Positions 16,388 through 25,384 of a stretch of 33,735 nt of DNA are shown piece after piece. Source of the DNA: an uncultured Rhodothermaceae bacterium (lineage in GTDB: Bacteria > Bacteroidota > Rhodothermia > Rhodothermales > CAZLRO01); NCBI GenBank assembly GCA_964561865.1, contig CAZLRO010000003.1, positions 1-33,735 of the forward strand, read 5' to 3'. Below the pieces are notes generated by a model. The model had not been told where the DNA came from. It did no database searches and saw nothing but the letters and a program-made list of their open reading frames with translations. Made by a program: the position numbers and the translations under genes. Positions within the stretch are counted from its first letter, which is position 1. Each line of letters begins with the position of its first letter.

Positions 16388-17677
16388 TTATTTCACGAGC
16401 ACCATCTGCTTGGTCATCGTGAAGTCGCCTGCCGTCAGCACGTACAGGTATACCCCACCGCTGAGCTGGGAAGCGTCGAAGGAGACGCTGTAGGCACCGG
16501 CTTCCTGGTGGCGGTTGACGAGGGTAGCCACTTCCTGGCCGAGGACGTTATAGACGGCGATGGAGACCTGCGAAGCCTGGGGCAGTTCGTAGCTGATCAC
16601 CGTGCTCGGGTTGAAGGGGTTGGGATAGTTGTCCAGGGCATAGCGGATGGGGGCTTCTGCGCCCTTGCCAGCCGCACCCGCTACCGTGAACTCCTGCACC
16701 CGATTCACTTCGCCCTGCGCCATCTCGCCAATGCCGACGACGAGCCGATACCGGCCCGGCGCGATGTTGCTGGGCACACGGATCGTCCGATCCATCGACA
16801 GGGCCGTGCCCTGGGTGATGCGATGGGTGGAGGACACCTTCCCTGTGATGACATTGCCGTTCATGTCCTCGATGCGGGCGAAGAACGGTGCCAGCACAGT
16901 CTTGTGGCGGTTGTGCTCAATCTCGACGCCGAAGGACAGCTTGCTGCCCGGCAGCACCGTCGTCGTGGGCAGATCGACATGCATCCGGCAGACGGGGTTG
17001 GCCTCGCCGGTCAGTTCGAACTCGAAATCGTAGTACCAGGAGCCGCAGTCGTGTACGTCCGTCCACGAGGTGCAGCCGGAGCCGAAGCCATTGGCCGGGT
17101 TTTGCCAGACCGCGTTGTTGCCGATAGGATCCAGTTGATCGACCATCGACCAGAACCAGGTCACGATGGAGCTGGATTCCTGGTCGGCCTGCACGGAGAC
17201 CCAGTGGGTGCCGGAGCCGAGGACGCAGGCGGTGGGCAGGACGATGGTGAAGTCGCCAAACCCATTATCGCCGGAGGCGAGGCCCGAATAGGCACATTCG
17301 ACGGCACCGGGTGTGCCGCCCGCATCGGCATAGAACGTGACATTGACGAAGTTCATGGGCGTGCCGTAGGCATCGAGACCAAAGGCGTTCACCCCGTCAA
17401 TCGTCCAGCTGGTATCGGCGGGCACCGTAAAGTCGTCTGCCCCTTGGGAATCCCAGCTGTCCTGCGTCTCAAAGTCTTGCGAAATCATGCCGACGAAATC
17501 CCACGGATCGCTATCGACCTGGGAATAGAGCACGCTCGATGTGGTGGTGGAAGGCCCGGAAGCCGTCACCCGTGCCTGGTTCCGCTGCCCTGCCATCACG
17601 TGTGAGGTCTGGGCCATCCCATTGGTCCCCAGCATTGCACAAATCAGTGCAACAGCAACCAGTAGCTGCTTTTTCAT
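16388..17677 (-). CDS. secreted protein with T9SS (Por) type A C-terminal sorting domain; N-terminal domains of unknown function
   Basis: ATG 17677 gives MKKQLLVAVALICAMLGTNGMAQ, a signal peptide. The C-terminus reads LDNYPNPFNPSTVISYELPQASQVSIAVYNVLGQEVATLVNRHQEAGAYSVSFDASQLSGGVYLYVLTAGDFTMTKQMVLVK, a textbook T9SS sorting domain. The track ORF start at 17836 was trimmed. Confidence 0.85.
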   Translation of the reverse strand: MKKQLLVAVALICAMLGTNGMAQTSHVMAGQRNQARVTASGPSTTTSSVLYSQVDSDPWDFVGMISQDFETQDSWDSQGADDFTVPADTSWTIDGVNAFGLDAYGTPMNFVNVTFYADAGGTPGAVECAYSGLASGDNGFGDFTIVLPTACVLGSGTHWVSVQADQESSSIVTWFWSMVDQLDPIGNNAVWQNPANGFGSGCTSWTDVHDCGSWYYDFEFELTGEANPVCRMHVDLPTTTVLPGSKLSFGVEIEHNRHKTVLAPFFARIEDMNGNVITGKVSSTHRITQGTALSMDRTIRVPSNIAPGRYRLVVGIGEMAQGEVNRVQEFTVAGAAGKGAEAPIRYALDNYPNPFNPSTVISYELPQASQVSIAVYNVLGQEVATLVNRHQEAGAYSVSFDASQLSGGVYLYVLTAGDFTMTKQMVLVK

Positions 17678-17968
17678 GTCTTTGACACCCCCTTGTTCAA
17701 TTATGACTTTTTGAGAAGCGGTAGTATCGGCGACAAGCTGTTCCAAGATAAGGCCCTGCAAGCAGAATTGTACCGCAGGGGAGACAGAACAGCCTGCTCG
17801 AATGATCCGACTATTCTTGCCGGAATCTGATATCACTCTCCCTGAACTGGAAGATAGTGAAATTCCAGGTTCCGGGCAATAGCCAATACCATGCCGCTCT
17901 CTGAAGTTACATTACGGAGGTTTTCCAAATTATCGAATCTTAACGAGATGCAAACCGAAATTATTCTT

Positions 17969-18727
17969 TTACTCCAGTCTTACCTTGAGGTGCAGCAGGG
18001 GAGGTAAGAGCGCTTCCGTTGTCTCATTTTGGTCTTGGAGTAGCGGAGCCGCCAGATGAACGCCAGCCCCGACCGCGATTCCCAGCAGCATTCCTCCCAA
18101 CACATCACCGGGGTAATGTACCCCTTTCCAGACGCGGCTCAGCGCCACCGAGGAGGCCCAGAGGGTGCCCGGCAGCCACACATACCACCGGGATTCGGAC
18201 AGTCCCCACGCCGTCAGGACGGCGAAAGAGAGCGTGGCATGGCCGGAAGGGAAGGACCACGGATCGACCCGCTGCATCCGCGCGCCCTGGTCTTTCAGCC
18301 GGGCCTTGACACCAGGCTGTGCAACATAGGGCCGGGGGCGGTGGACGAGGGGCTTGAGGCCGGACACAACCCCTAGCGCCAGCGCTTCCGTAACCAGCAG
18401 CCGGAGGGCGGCCTGCCCGGAGGTGCCTTCGAGCAATACCACGCCTCCGCCCACCATCGGCGCTGCGATCCACACCGGATACGCGGAGGCATCAGCCCCC
18501 TGCATCCACCGCTGGAAGGCAGCCCTGTCCTGCTCGTACACGTAGCGAAGCACCGCCACCTCCCATCCGGGCTGTGCCTGTGCGGCCATAGCTACCAGCA
18601 GGCTGCACACCCCCCACCAGCCGACAAGCCCCCATCGCACGTACCCGGAGGCCTCGCCCTTGCGGGAGAACGCCTCCGGGACGTTTCGGTCAAGGAACTC
18701 AATACTCATCGGCGTAGGCTTCGCCAT
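17969..18727 (-). CDS. PAP2 superfamily phosphatase (phosphatidic acid / undecaprenyl-diphosphate phosphatase-like) membrane protein
   Basis: All three PAP2 motifs are present: [13 protein letters not shown] and [13 protein letters not shown]. Possible starts are ATG 18727 or ATG 18709. Both lie inside the recA 3' end. Confidence 0.8.
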   Translation of the reverse strand: MAKPTPMSIEFLDRNVPEAFSRKGEASGYVRWGLVGWWGVCSLLVAMAAQAQPGWEVAVLRYVYEQDRAAFQRWMQGADASAYPVWIAAPMVGGGVVLLEGTSGQAALRLLVTEALALGVVSGLKPLVHRPRPYVAQPGVKARLKDQGARMQRVDPWSFPSGHATLSFAVLTAWGLSESRWYVWLPGTLWASSVALSRVWKGVHYPGDVLGGMLLGIAVGAGVHLAAPLLQDQNETTEALLPPLLHLKVRLE

Positions 18728-19754
18728 TGGTCTCCGGCACCGGGGTTGGCGGCGCGATCAGCTGGTCGCGGACGGTCTGCCGGATTTCTGCCTGCAACGT
18801 GGGGTTTTCCTTGAGCCAGTTCTTCGCGGCGTCGCGACCCTGCCCGATCTTAGTATCACCGAAGGCAAACCAGGAGCCGCTCTTCTGGATGATGTTGTGC
18901 TCTACAGCCAGGTCGATCAGTTCACCGAGGGCGGAAATGCCCTCACCATAGACGATGTCGAACTCGGCCTCGCGGAACGGAGGTGCTACCTTATTTTTCA
19001 CCACCTTCACCTTGGTGCGATTGCCCACCACCTCAGTGCCTTCCTTGATCGTGCCGGTCTTGCGAATGTCCAGCCGTACCGAGGCGTAGAACTTGAGCGC
19101 CCGCCCCCCGGTGGTCGTCTCCGGGCTACCGTAGATGACCCCGATCTTCTCGCGCACCTGGTTGATGAACACCACCACCGTCTTCGTGCGGTTGATGACA
19201 CCCGTGAGCTTGCGCAGGGCCTGGCTCATGAGGCGTGCCTGGAGGCCCACATGACTATCCCCCATGTCGCCCTCGATCTCGGCTTTGGGCACGAGTGCAG
19301 CCACCGAGTCGATCACGATCACGTCGAGGGCACCGCTGCGGACGAGGGTATCGCAGATGTTGAGCGCGTCTTCACCGGTGTCAGGCTGCGAGATCAGCAG
19401 GTTGTCCAGGTCCACCCCCAGCTGGGCCGCGTACTGCACGTCGAGGGCATGTTCGGCGTCGATGAAGGCGCATACCCCGCCCATCTTCTGGGCCTCGGCA
19501 ATGATGTGGATGGCAAGGGTGGTCTTGCCGGAAGATTCAGGGCCATACACTTCGACGACCCGCCCACGCGGGACGCCCCCCACGCCGAGAGCTACGTCCA
19601 GGGCCAGGGAGCCGGTGGAGATGGTGTCGATCCGCACGACCGGGGCATCGCCCAGGCGCATGATCGCCCCCTTGCCAAAGTTTTTCTCGATCTGTTTTAC
19701 CGCCATGTCCAGGGCACGGTGCCGGGCGGGATCGTTCGGGCCGATGGTTGCCAT
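18699..19754 (-). CDS. recA: recombinase RecA
   Basis: The Walker A motif is [11 protein letters not shown]. Other RecA blocks are [18 protein letters not shown], the loop [25 protein letters not shown] and [11 protein letters not shown]. Confidence 0.97.
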   Translation of the reverse strand: MATIGPNDPARHRALDMAVKQIEKNFGKGAIMRLGDAPVVRIDTISTGSLALDVALGVGGVPRGRVVEVYGPESSGKTTLAIHIIAEAQKMGGVCAFIDAEHALDVQYAAQLGVDLDNLLISQPDTGEDALNICDTLVRSGALDVIVIDSVAALVPKAEIEGDMGDSHVGLQARLMSQALRKLTGVINRTKTVVVFINQVREKIGVIYGSPETTTGGRALKFYASVRLDIRKTGTIKEGTEVVGNRTKVKVVKNKVAPPFREAEFDIVYGEGISALGELIDLAVEHNIIQKSGSWFAFGDTKIGQGRDAAKNWLKENPTLQAEIRQTVRDQLIAPPTPVPETNGEAYADEY

Positions 19755-19858
19755 AAAGGTCTCGATTTTACAGGAAACGGGTTCGGAATACGGAGTGGGG
19801 GCAAGTTAGCCTGGCAGGGTGACAGCCGCGTGTCATCCATTGGATAACCCCTTTCCCG

Positions 19859-21118
19859 TTAGACGTTCTGGTTCAACAAACATAACCGCAGGTAGTTCAG
19901 CACGGATGCCGAGGCCCGCTCCTTGTTGCGCAGACGATCCCCCGCCGATTGCATTTTCATGGCCTGTTCACCCGAATCATCAGCATAGCCGATCCAGGCC
20001 GTGCCGACGGGTTTTTCAGGTGTGCCACCGGTGGGTCCCAGGATGCCTGTGACGGCAACCGCCACGTCGGCCCCCAGGTGTTCGCGCACACCCCGTGCCA
20101 TCTGCCGAACCACCGCCTCGCTGACGGCCCCGTGCGCGGCCAGCACCTCTGGCGACACTCCCAACTGCGCGACCTTCACGGCATTATCGTAGGCGATGAT
20201 GCCTCCGAGCAGGTAGGCCGAGGACCCGCTGATATCGGCCAACCGCGAGCACACCAGCCCACCCGTACAGCTTTCGGCCACGGCCAGCGTCAGCCCCCGC
20301 GCCTGCAAGAGCTGCCCCACGGCGGCTTCGAGCGTAAGGTCGTCGGTGCCGTAAATAAACTGGCCGATGCGGTGGCGCAGGTACGCCTCGAACGCTGCAA
20401 GTGCTGCCGTTACCGTCTCCCCGTCGGGGCCGTATGCGCTCAGACGCAGGCGCACACCCGAGAGGCTGGGCAGATAGGCCAGCTTCCGCGACGGGGACAG
20501 CCACGCGGAGAGGTCGCCGATCTCTTCCTGAAGCCGGGACTCGCCGATGCCTGCCGTCATCAGTGTCCGGTGCTGGATGACCTGGTCGGTGATCCGGGCC
20601 TGGAGTCGGGGCAGCACGGTTTCGGACATGATCGTTTTCATCTCGTGCGGCACGCCCGGCAGCACCACCACGATCCGGCGTCGTCCCTCCGGTGCATCCT
20701 CACGCCACAGCCCCGGCGCCGTCCCGGCTGGGTTGGGCAGGGCCTCGAACCCGTCGGGCACCATCGCCTGCGAGCGGTTGCTCTCCGGCATAACCGTCCC
20801 TAACCGTCGGAAGCGGTCTTTCACCTGTTCGTAAACCGCCGCGTCGAAGGAGCAACCGACTCCGTAGTACCGGGCCACGGCGACCTTGGTGATGTCATCG
20901 TGGGTCGGCCCCAGTCCCCCGGTCACGATCAGGCATTCGGCCCGGCGGAACCCATCCGCCAGCGCCTGCACGATCACGGCCTCGTTATCCCCTACCGTCA
21001 CCATCTGCACCGTCTCTATCCCCAGCAGGCTCACCTGCTCACCTATCCAGGCCGCGTTGGTGTTGACGATCTGGCCGATCAGGATCTCGTCGCCAATGGT
21101 CAGGACAAGGGCCTTCAT
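19859..21118 (-). CDS. cinA: competence/damage-inducible protein CinA (MoCF-type domain plus nicotinamide-nucleotide amidase PncC domain)
   Basis: The N-terminus reads MKALVLTIGDEILIGQIVNTNAAWIGEQ...VTGGLGPTHDDITK. The C-terminal part reads LAVAESCTGGL...YLLGGIIAYDNAVK. The position directly upstream of recA is the classical arrangement. Confidence 0.9.
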   Translation of the reverse strand: MKALVLTIGDEILIGQIVNTNAAWIGEQVSLLGIETVQMVTVGDNEAVIVQALADGFRRAECLIVTGGLGPTHDDITKVAVARYYGVGCSFDAAVYEQVKDRFRRLGTVMPESNRSQAMVPDGFEALPNPAGTAPGLWREDAPEGRRRIVVVLPGVPHEMKTIMSETVLPRLQARITDQVIQHRTLMTAGIGESRLQEEIGDLSAWLSPSRKLAYLPSLSGVRLRLSAYGPDGETVTAALAAFEAYLRHRIGQFIYGTDDLTLEAAVGQLLQARGLTLAVAESCTGGLVCSRLADISGSSAYLLGGIIAYDNAVKVAQLGVSPEVLAAHGAVSEAVVRQMARGVREHLGADVAVAVTGILGPTGGTPEKPVGTAWIGYADDSGEQAMKMQSAGDRLRNKERASASVLNYLRLCLLNQNV

Positions 21119-21169
21119 GCGGGGACGTAGAGTAGAAGGGGGTGAGCAATGGATCGTGCTGGAGGTGTA

Positions 21170-21823
21170 TCAACCCGAAATCCGGGCATCCGACCAGGCT
21201 TGCGGGTCGGCGTGCCAGGCCTGGAGGGAGGCGAGGGCGTCCGGAGAGAGCAGCGCCTGCGCCACGGCGAGCAGGTCTGCGAAGGTCAGCAGCGGGCGGA
21301 GGGGTACCTGAGCTGCTGCAAAGGCCTGGCGGGCCACGGGGAGGTCATACGAGAAGATCGCCACGACCCCCAGCACCGCAACCCCGGCCTCCCGTACCGC
21401 CTGCACGACCGCCAGCGAGGACATGCCGGTGGAGACCAGGTCTTCGACGATCACCCCCTGTTGTCCAGCCTCCACGCGGCCCTCGATCTGGTTGCCGCGC
21501 CCATATTCCTTGGGTTTCGAGCGGACGTAGGCCATCGGCAGGTGCAGGCGGTCGGCCAGCCAGGCAGCATGCGGGATGCCCGCCGTCGCCGTGCCGATGA
21601 TGACCTCCGGCTGCCAGCCTGCGGCCTGGATCAGGGCCTCCAACCCCGCGGCGATGCGGGCACGGACGTCCGGCCAGGCCAGCGTGAGCCGGTTGTCGCA
21701 GTAGACCGGCGACTTCAGCCCGGAGGCCCAGGTGAACGGGGCATCGGGGGAGAAGCCAACAGCCTTGATGCGCAACAAGTCAGCGGCCAGGGTTTGAGGA
21801 AGCACGCGGGTTTCGGGGGGCAT
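21170..21823 (-). CDS. pyrE: orotate phosphoribosyltransferase
   Basis: The sequence has FTWASGLKSPVYCDNR, the PRPP-binding loop GVIVEDLVSTGMS and YVRSKPKEYG. Confidence 0.92.
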   Translation of the reverse strand: MPPETRVLPQTLAADLLRIKAVGFSPDAPFTWASGLKSPVYCDNRLTLAWPDVRARIAAGLEALIQAAGWQPEVIIGTATAGIPHAAWLADRLHLPMAYVRSKPKEYGRGNQIEGRVEAGQQGVIVEDLVSTGMSSLAVVQAVREAGVAVLGVVAIFSYDLPVARQAFAAAQVPLRPLLTFADLLAVAQALLSPDALASLQAWHADPQAWSDARISG

Positions 21824-21843
21824 CGGGCAGGGAGTTCACAGGA

Positions 21844-22440
21844 TCAGAGGGCCGGGGGCTGCGCCGGGCGAAAGTACAGGGCGCCCGTCCCCAGGGTCAC
21901 CACCACCACGCCGATGAGCAGAACGAGTGGGGCCGGGCTGGAGAGCACCCACCGGGCCACCCCGCCGACACTCCCCGACAGGTGGGCTGCGGCCAGAAAT
22001 ACCAGCAGGGCGATCAGATAGGTGAGCTGTACGGCCGTCTTCACCTTCGCCGCGTAGAGCGTCTTGACCGAGCGCCCCTGGGCTTCGCTCCAGCTTCGCA
22101 ACGCCGTCACCGCCACATCGCGCAGGGCCACGAGCAGCACCGCCCACCAGGGCACCAGGTGTGGCAGGATCACGGCGAGGGCGGCGAAGGTGCCCAGCAC
22201 CAGCAGCTTGTCCGCCAGCGGGTCGAGGAACCGTCCCAGCCGGGAATCGGCCTGCCAGATGCGGGCCAGCCGCCCGTCTACATAGTCGGAGAGGGCTGCC
22301 AGGACGAACAGCACCAGCGCCCAGAAGTGCGTCCAGAAACCGTTACCCAGCAACAGCCAGAGGATCACCGGCGCCACCAGCATGCGGAGGATGGTCAGCG
22401 CATTGGGCAGGTGTCGCATCGTGTCGGGCGTCTTCATCAT
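21844..22440 (-). CDS. pgsA: CDP-diacylglycerol--glycerol-3-phosphate 3-phosphatidyltransferase (CDP-alcohol phosphatidyltransferase family)
   Basis: The CDP-alcohol motif reads DYVDGRLARIWQADSRLGRFLDPLADKLL (D-G-x2-A-R-x8-G-x3-D-x3-D). The protein has four to five TM helices. Possible starts are ATG 22440, 22437 or 22419. The 389-aa track ORF reaching 23013 is an antisense-of-dnaK extension and was trimmed. Confidence 0.85.
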   Translation of the reverse strand: MMKTPDTMRHLPNALTILRMLVAPVILWLLLGNGFWTHFWALVLFVLAALSDYVDGRLARIWQADSRLGRFLDPLADKLLVLGTFAALAVILPHLVPWWAVLLVALRDVAVTALRSWSEAQGRSVKTLYAAKVKTAVQLTYLIALLVFLAAAHLSGSVGGVARWVLSSPAPLVLLIGVVVVTLGTGALYFRPAQPPAL

Positions 22441-22656
22441 GCCGGGAATATACGGCACGAGGGTCGGGACAGACCCGTCGCCACCTACCGGAATGACGAA
22501 TCGAGGAGCGTTCGGCTTCTGCCAATTTGTCGGAAGCCTACAAGTGGCACACGGCTTGATCTGGGATGATGCAGCCTGTTGTCTGATCCGGCGGTAGCCG
22601 GTTCTGACATAACGATGGCATTCCTGACAGACTTTTTTTCCTCTGGACCTCATCAT

Positions 22657-24561
22657 ATGGGTAAGATTATCGGGATCGACCTGGGCACGACCAACTCGGT
22701 TGTGGCCGTCATGGAAGGCGGCGAGCCGGTCGTCATCAACAATGCCGAAGGGGCACGCACCACCCCGTCGGTGGTCGCCTTCAAGAAGGACGGCGAGCGC
22801 CTGGTCGGCGCCCCGGCCAAACGTCAGGCCATCACCAACCCACGCAACACCATTTTCTCCATCAAGCGGTTCATGGGCCGCCGTCATGACGAAGTGGGCG
22901 AGGAGCGGAAGACGGTGCCCTACGATGTGGTACCGGGCGCCAACAACACTGCCCGTGTCAAGATCGAGGAGCGGGAGTACACGCCGCAGGAGATTTCGGC
23001 GATGGTGCTGCAAAAGCTGAAGCAGACCGCCGAGGACTACCTGGGCGAGAAGGTGACCGAGGCGGTCATCACGGTGCCTGCCTATTTCAACGATGCCCAG
23101 CGCACGGCCACGAAAGAGGCGGGCGAGATCGCGGGCCTGAAGGTGCGCCGCATCATCAACGAGCCGACGGCTGCCGCCCTAGCCTATGGCATGGACAAGA
23201 AGGAAAAGGAGATCACCGTGGCCGTCTACGACCTCGGCGGCGGCACCTACGACATCTCCATCCTGGAACTGGGCGACGGCGTCTTCGAGGTCAAGTCCAC
23301 CAACGGTGACACCCATCTGGGCGGGGATGACTTCGACCAGCGCCTCATCAACTACATTGCCGACGAGTTCAAGAAGCAGGAAGGCATCGACCTGCGCGCC
23401 GACGCGATGGCGCTTCAGCGGCTGAAGGAAGCCGCCGAGAAGGCCAAGATCGAGCTCTCCTCGTCGATGCAGACCACCATCAACCTGCCTTTCATCACCG
23501 CTACCGCCGACGGGCCGAAGCACCTGACGCTGGACCTGACCCGCGCCCGGTTCGAACAGCTCATTGATGACCTGGTCTCGCGTACCATCCCGCCGATGGA
23601 GAAGGCCCTCAAGGATGCGGGCATCTCAAAAGACCAGCTCCATGAGGTGATCCTGGTGGGCGGCTCCACCCGCGTGCCAATGGTCCGCCGCGTGGTCGAA
23701 CAGTTCTTCGGCAAGAAACCCAATATGTCGGTGAACCCGGACGAGGTGGTCGCCGTCGGCGCCGCCGTCCAGGGCGGGGTGCTCTCGGGCGACGTGACGG
23801 ACGTGCTGCTGCTCGACGTGACGCCGCTGAACCTGGGCATCGAGACGCTGGGCAACGTGATGACCACCCTTATCCCGGCCAACACCACCATCCCCACCAA
23901 GAAGAGCGAAATCTTCTCGACCGCTTCCGACCAGCAGCCGAGCGTGGAGATCCACGTCCTGCAGGGCGACCGGGCGATGGCCCACGACAACCGCACCATC
24001 GGGCGGTTCCATCTCGACGGCATCCCCCCTGCCCCGCGTGGCATGCCCCAGATCGAGGTCACCTTCGACATCGACGCCAACGGCATCCTGCACGTCTCGG
24101 CGAAAGACAAGGCGACGAACAAGGAGCAGTCCATCCGCATCGAAGCCTCCAGCGGCCTGACCCCGCAGGAGATCGAGAAGATGCGGGCCGATGCCAAGAG
24201 CCACGCCGAGGAAGACAAGCGGAAGCGGGACGAGGCCGAGCGCTTCAACCGGGCCGACAGCCTCATCTTCACGAGCGAGAAGAACCTTAAGGACTACGGC
24301 GACAAGATCGCTGCGGAGAAGCGGGCGAAGATCGAGTCAGCCCTGGAACGGCTCAAAACGGCGTACAAGGAGCACAACCTGGGAGAGATCGACTCGGCCG
24401 TGGAACAGCTCAACGCCGCCTGGAACGAGGCCAGCGAAGACCTCTACCGTGCCCAGCAGCAAGAGGCGTCGGCTACCCCGTCGGGCGATGAAGGCGACGC
24501 CGCGCGCCCGGTCCGGGACGTGGACTATGAGGTGGTGGACGAGGACGAGGGCAAGAAATAA
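22657..24561 (+). CDS. dnaK: molecular chaperone DnaK (Hsp70)
   Basis: ATG 22657 gives [22 protein letters not shown]... Other Hsp70 blocks are [12 protein letters not shown] and [13 protein letters not shown]. The C-terminal lid ends in the acidic tail [12 protein letters not shown]. Confidence 0.98.
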   Translation: MGKIIGIDLGTTNSVVAVMEGGEPVVINNAEGARTTPSVVAFKKDGERLVGAPAKRQAITNPRNTIFSIKRFMGRRHDEVGEERKTVPYDVVPGANNTARVKIEEREYTPQEISAMVLQKLKQTAEDYLGEKVTEAVITVPAYFNDAQRTATKEAGEIAGLKVRRIINEPTAAALAYGMDKKEKEITVAVYDLGGGTYDISILELGDGVFEVKSTNGDTHLGGDDFDQRLINYIADEFKKQEGIDLRADAMALQRLKEAAEKAKIELSSSMQTTINLPFITATADGPKHLTLDLTRARFEQLIDDLVSRTIPPMEKALKDAGISKDQLHEVILVGGSTRVPMVRRVVEQFFGKKPNMSVNPDEVVAVGAAVQGGVLSGDVTDVLLLDVTPLNLGIETLGNVMTTLIPANTTIPTKKSEIFSTASDQQPSVEIHVLQGDRAMAHDNRTIGRFHLDGIPPAPRGMPQIEVTFDIDANGILHVSAKDKATNKEQSIRIEASSGLTPQEIEKMRADAKSHAEEDKRKRDEAERFNRADSLIFTSEKNLKDYGDKIAAEKRAKIESALERLKTAYKEHNLGEIDSAVEQLNAAWNEASEDLYRAQQQEASATPSGDEGDAARPVRDVDYEVVDEDEGKK

Positions 24562-24775
24562 ACGACCGCCTGTGCCACCGGGCATCCCGCACCGGGACAG
24601 GACCCTGCAATTTTCTCCTACGCGGGAACACCCTGTAATAACCCGCGTTAGGGTTGTTTTCCTAATCCATGCATCACTCGGTTGCTGTCTCAAGCTGCTC
24701 ATGGCGGTGAACTTCACCGGCCCTCGGAGTCTAGGTATTTGGCGGTTGCCTGATGCGCAAACACACAACGGTACA

Positions 24776-25228
24776 ATGAACATCTATGTAGGCAACCTGC
24801 CCCATGCGACGACAGACGACGAGCTGCGTGAAGCATTCGAGGCATACGGCACCGTCGACTCGGTCGCCATCATCAAGGACAAGTTCACCGGGCAGTCGCG
24901 CGGCTTCGGCTTCGTAGAGATGCCGGACTCCAGCGAAGCGCAGACTGCCATCGACGCCATGAATGGCGCAACGATGGGCCAGCGCACGCTGACGGTCAAC
25001 GAGGCCCGTCCCCGTGAAGAGCGTGCACCCGGCGGTTTCCGCGGGGGCAGTAGCGGTGGCGAGCGGCGTGGCGGCTACGGCGGTGGCGAGCGGCGTGGCG
25101 GCGGCTACGGCGGTGGCGAGCGGCGTGGCGGCGGCGGCTTCGGCGGCGGTGACCGGCGTGGCGGCAGCGGTGGCTACGGCGGCGGCGACCGGCGCGGCGG
25201 CAACGGCGGTGGACGCCGTTCCTACTGA
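24776..25228 (+). CDS. RNA-recognition-motif (RRM) RNA-binding protein with Arg/Gly-rich tail
   Basis: ATG 24776 gives MNIYVGNLPHATTDDELREAFEAYGTVDSVAIIKDKFTGQSRGFGFVEMPD...MNGATMGQRTLTVNEARPRE. RNP2 is IYVGNL and RNP1 is RGFGFVEM. The ~65-aa tail reads GGFRGGSSGGERRGGYGGGERRGGGYGGGERRGGGGFGGGDRRGG... The upstream part of track ORF 24191..25228 is an out-of-frame dnaK overlap. Confidence 0.9.
   Translation: MNIYVGNLPHATTDDELREAFEAYGTVDSVAIIKDKFTGQSRGFGFVEMPDSSEAQTAIDAMNGATMGQRTLTVNEARPREERAPGGFRGGSSGGERRGGYGGGERRGGGYGGGERRGGGGFGGGDRRGGSGGYGGGDRRGGNGGGRRSY
25052..25215 (+). repeat. imperfect tandem DNA repeats (27-36 nt units) encoding the GG(E/D)RRGG tail
   Basis: The unit ggcggtggcgagcggcgtggcggc(ggc)tac occurs three times in a row. 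Diverged ggcggcgg(t/c)gaccggcg(t/c)ggcggc units follow. Confidence 0.75.
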
Positions 25229-25254
25229 GCCTCGACCCATCCGAAAGACATCCC

Positions 25255-25283
25255 AGGCCCGGCAACACTGCCGGGCCTTTTTT
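25255..25283 (+). terminator. Rho-independent terminator after the RRM gene
   Basis: AGGCCCGGCA (25255..25264), loop ACAC, TGCCGGGCCT (25269..25278), then a T-run to 25283. This gives a perfect 10-bp stem, 27 nt after the stop. Confidence 0.85.
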
Positions 25284-25384
25284 GTGGATGGCTGTTAGCT
25301 ATTGGGTACTTGGGGCTTGGTACTTGGGGTGCTTCGCACCCTTGAAGATTGATTTCACCAAAGGCCGCCAGGCCGTAGCAATGC

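Noticed and set aside
19820-19835. Small palindromes in control regions: TGACAGCCGCGTGTCA between cinA and recA; GCATAATTTATGC at 33375..33387; direct repeat GGTACTTGGGG x2 at 25305..25329
   Set aside because: Arms of 5-6 bp are expected several times by chance in 33.7 kb. None resembles a LexA box or other operator consensus that I know, and there is no second copy to support a motif.
22441-22656. Search for a CIRCE/HrcA operator or clear sigma-32 promoter upstream of dnaK
   Set aside because: No TTAGCACTC-N9-GAGTGCTAA-like inverted repeat is present. Only a weak CTTGAT element appears, without a matching CCCCAT-type -10.
21844-23013. N-terminal extensions of track ORFs: 21844..23013, 22579.., 24191.., 27150..28301, 28067..29806, 16388..17836, 4046.., 9368.., 10249.., 12875..
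   Set aside because: The family-like sequence, signal peptides or Shine-Dalgarno-preceded ATGs begin well inside these ORFs. The upstream parts overlap neighbouring genes or read as low-complexity text. Starts were trimmed accordingly.
25358-25372. 15-mer ccaaaggccgccagg, the reverse complement of cctggcggcctttgg at 5582..5596, suggesting a dispersed copy of the 5.6-kb repeat
   Set aside because: By my estimate, about one 15-nt match on either strand is expected by chance in a window of this size, and more for GC-rich words. No flanking similarity extends it. It is only worth re-checking in a genome-wide repeat search.
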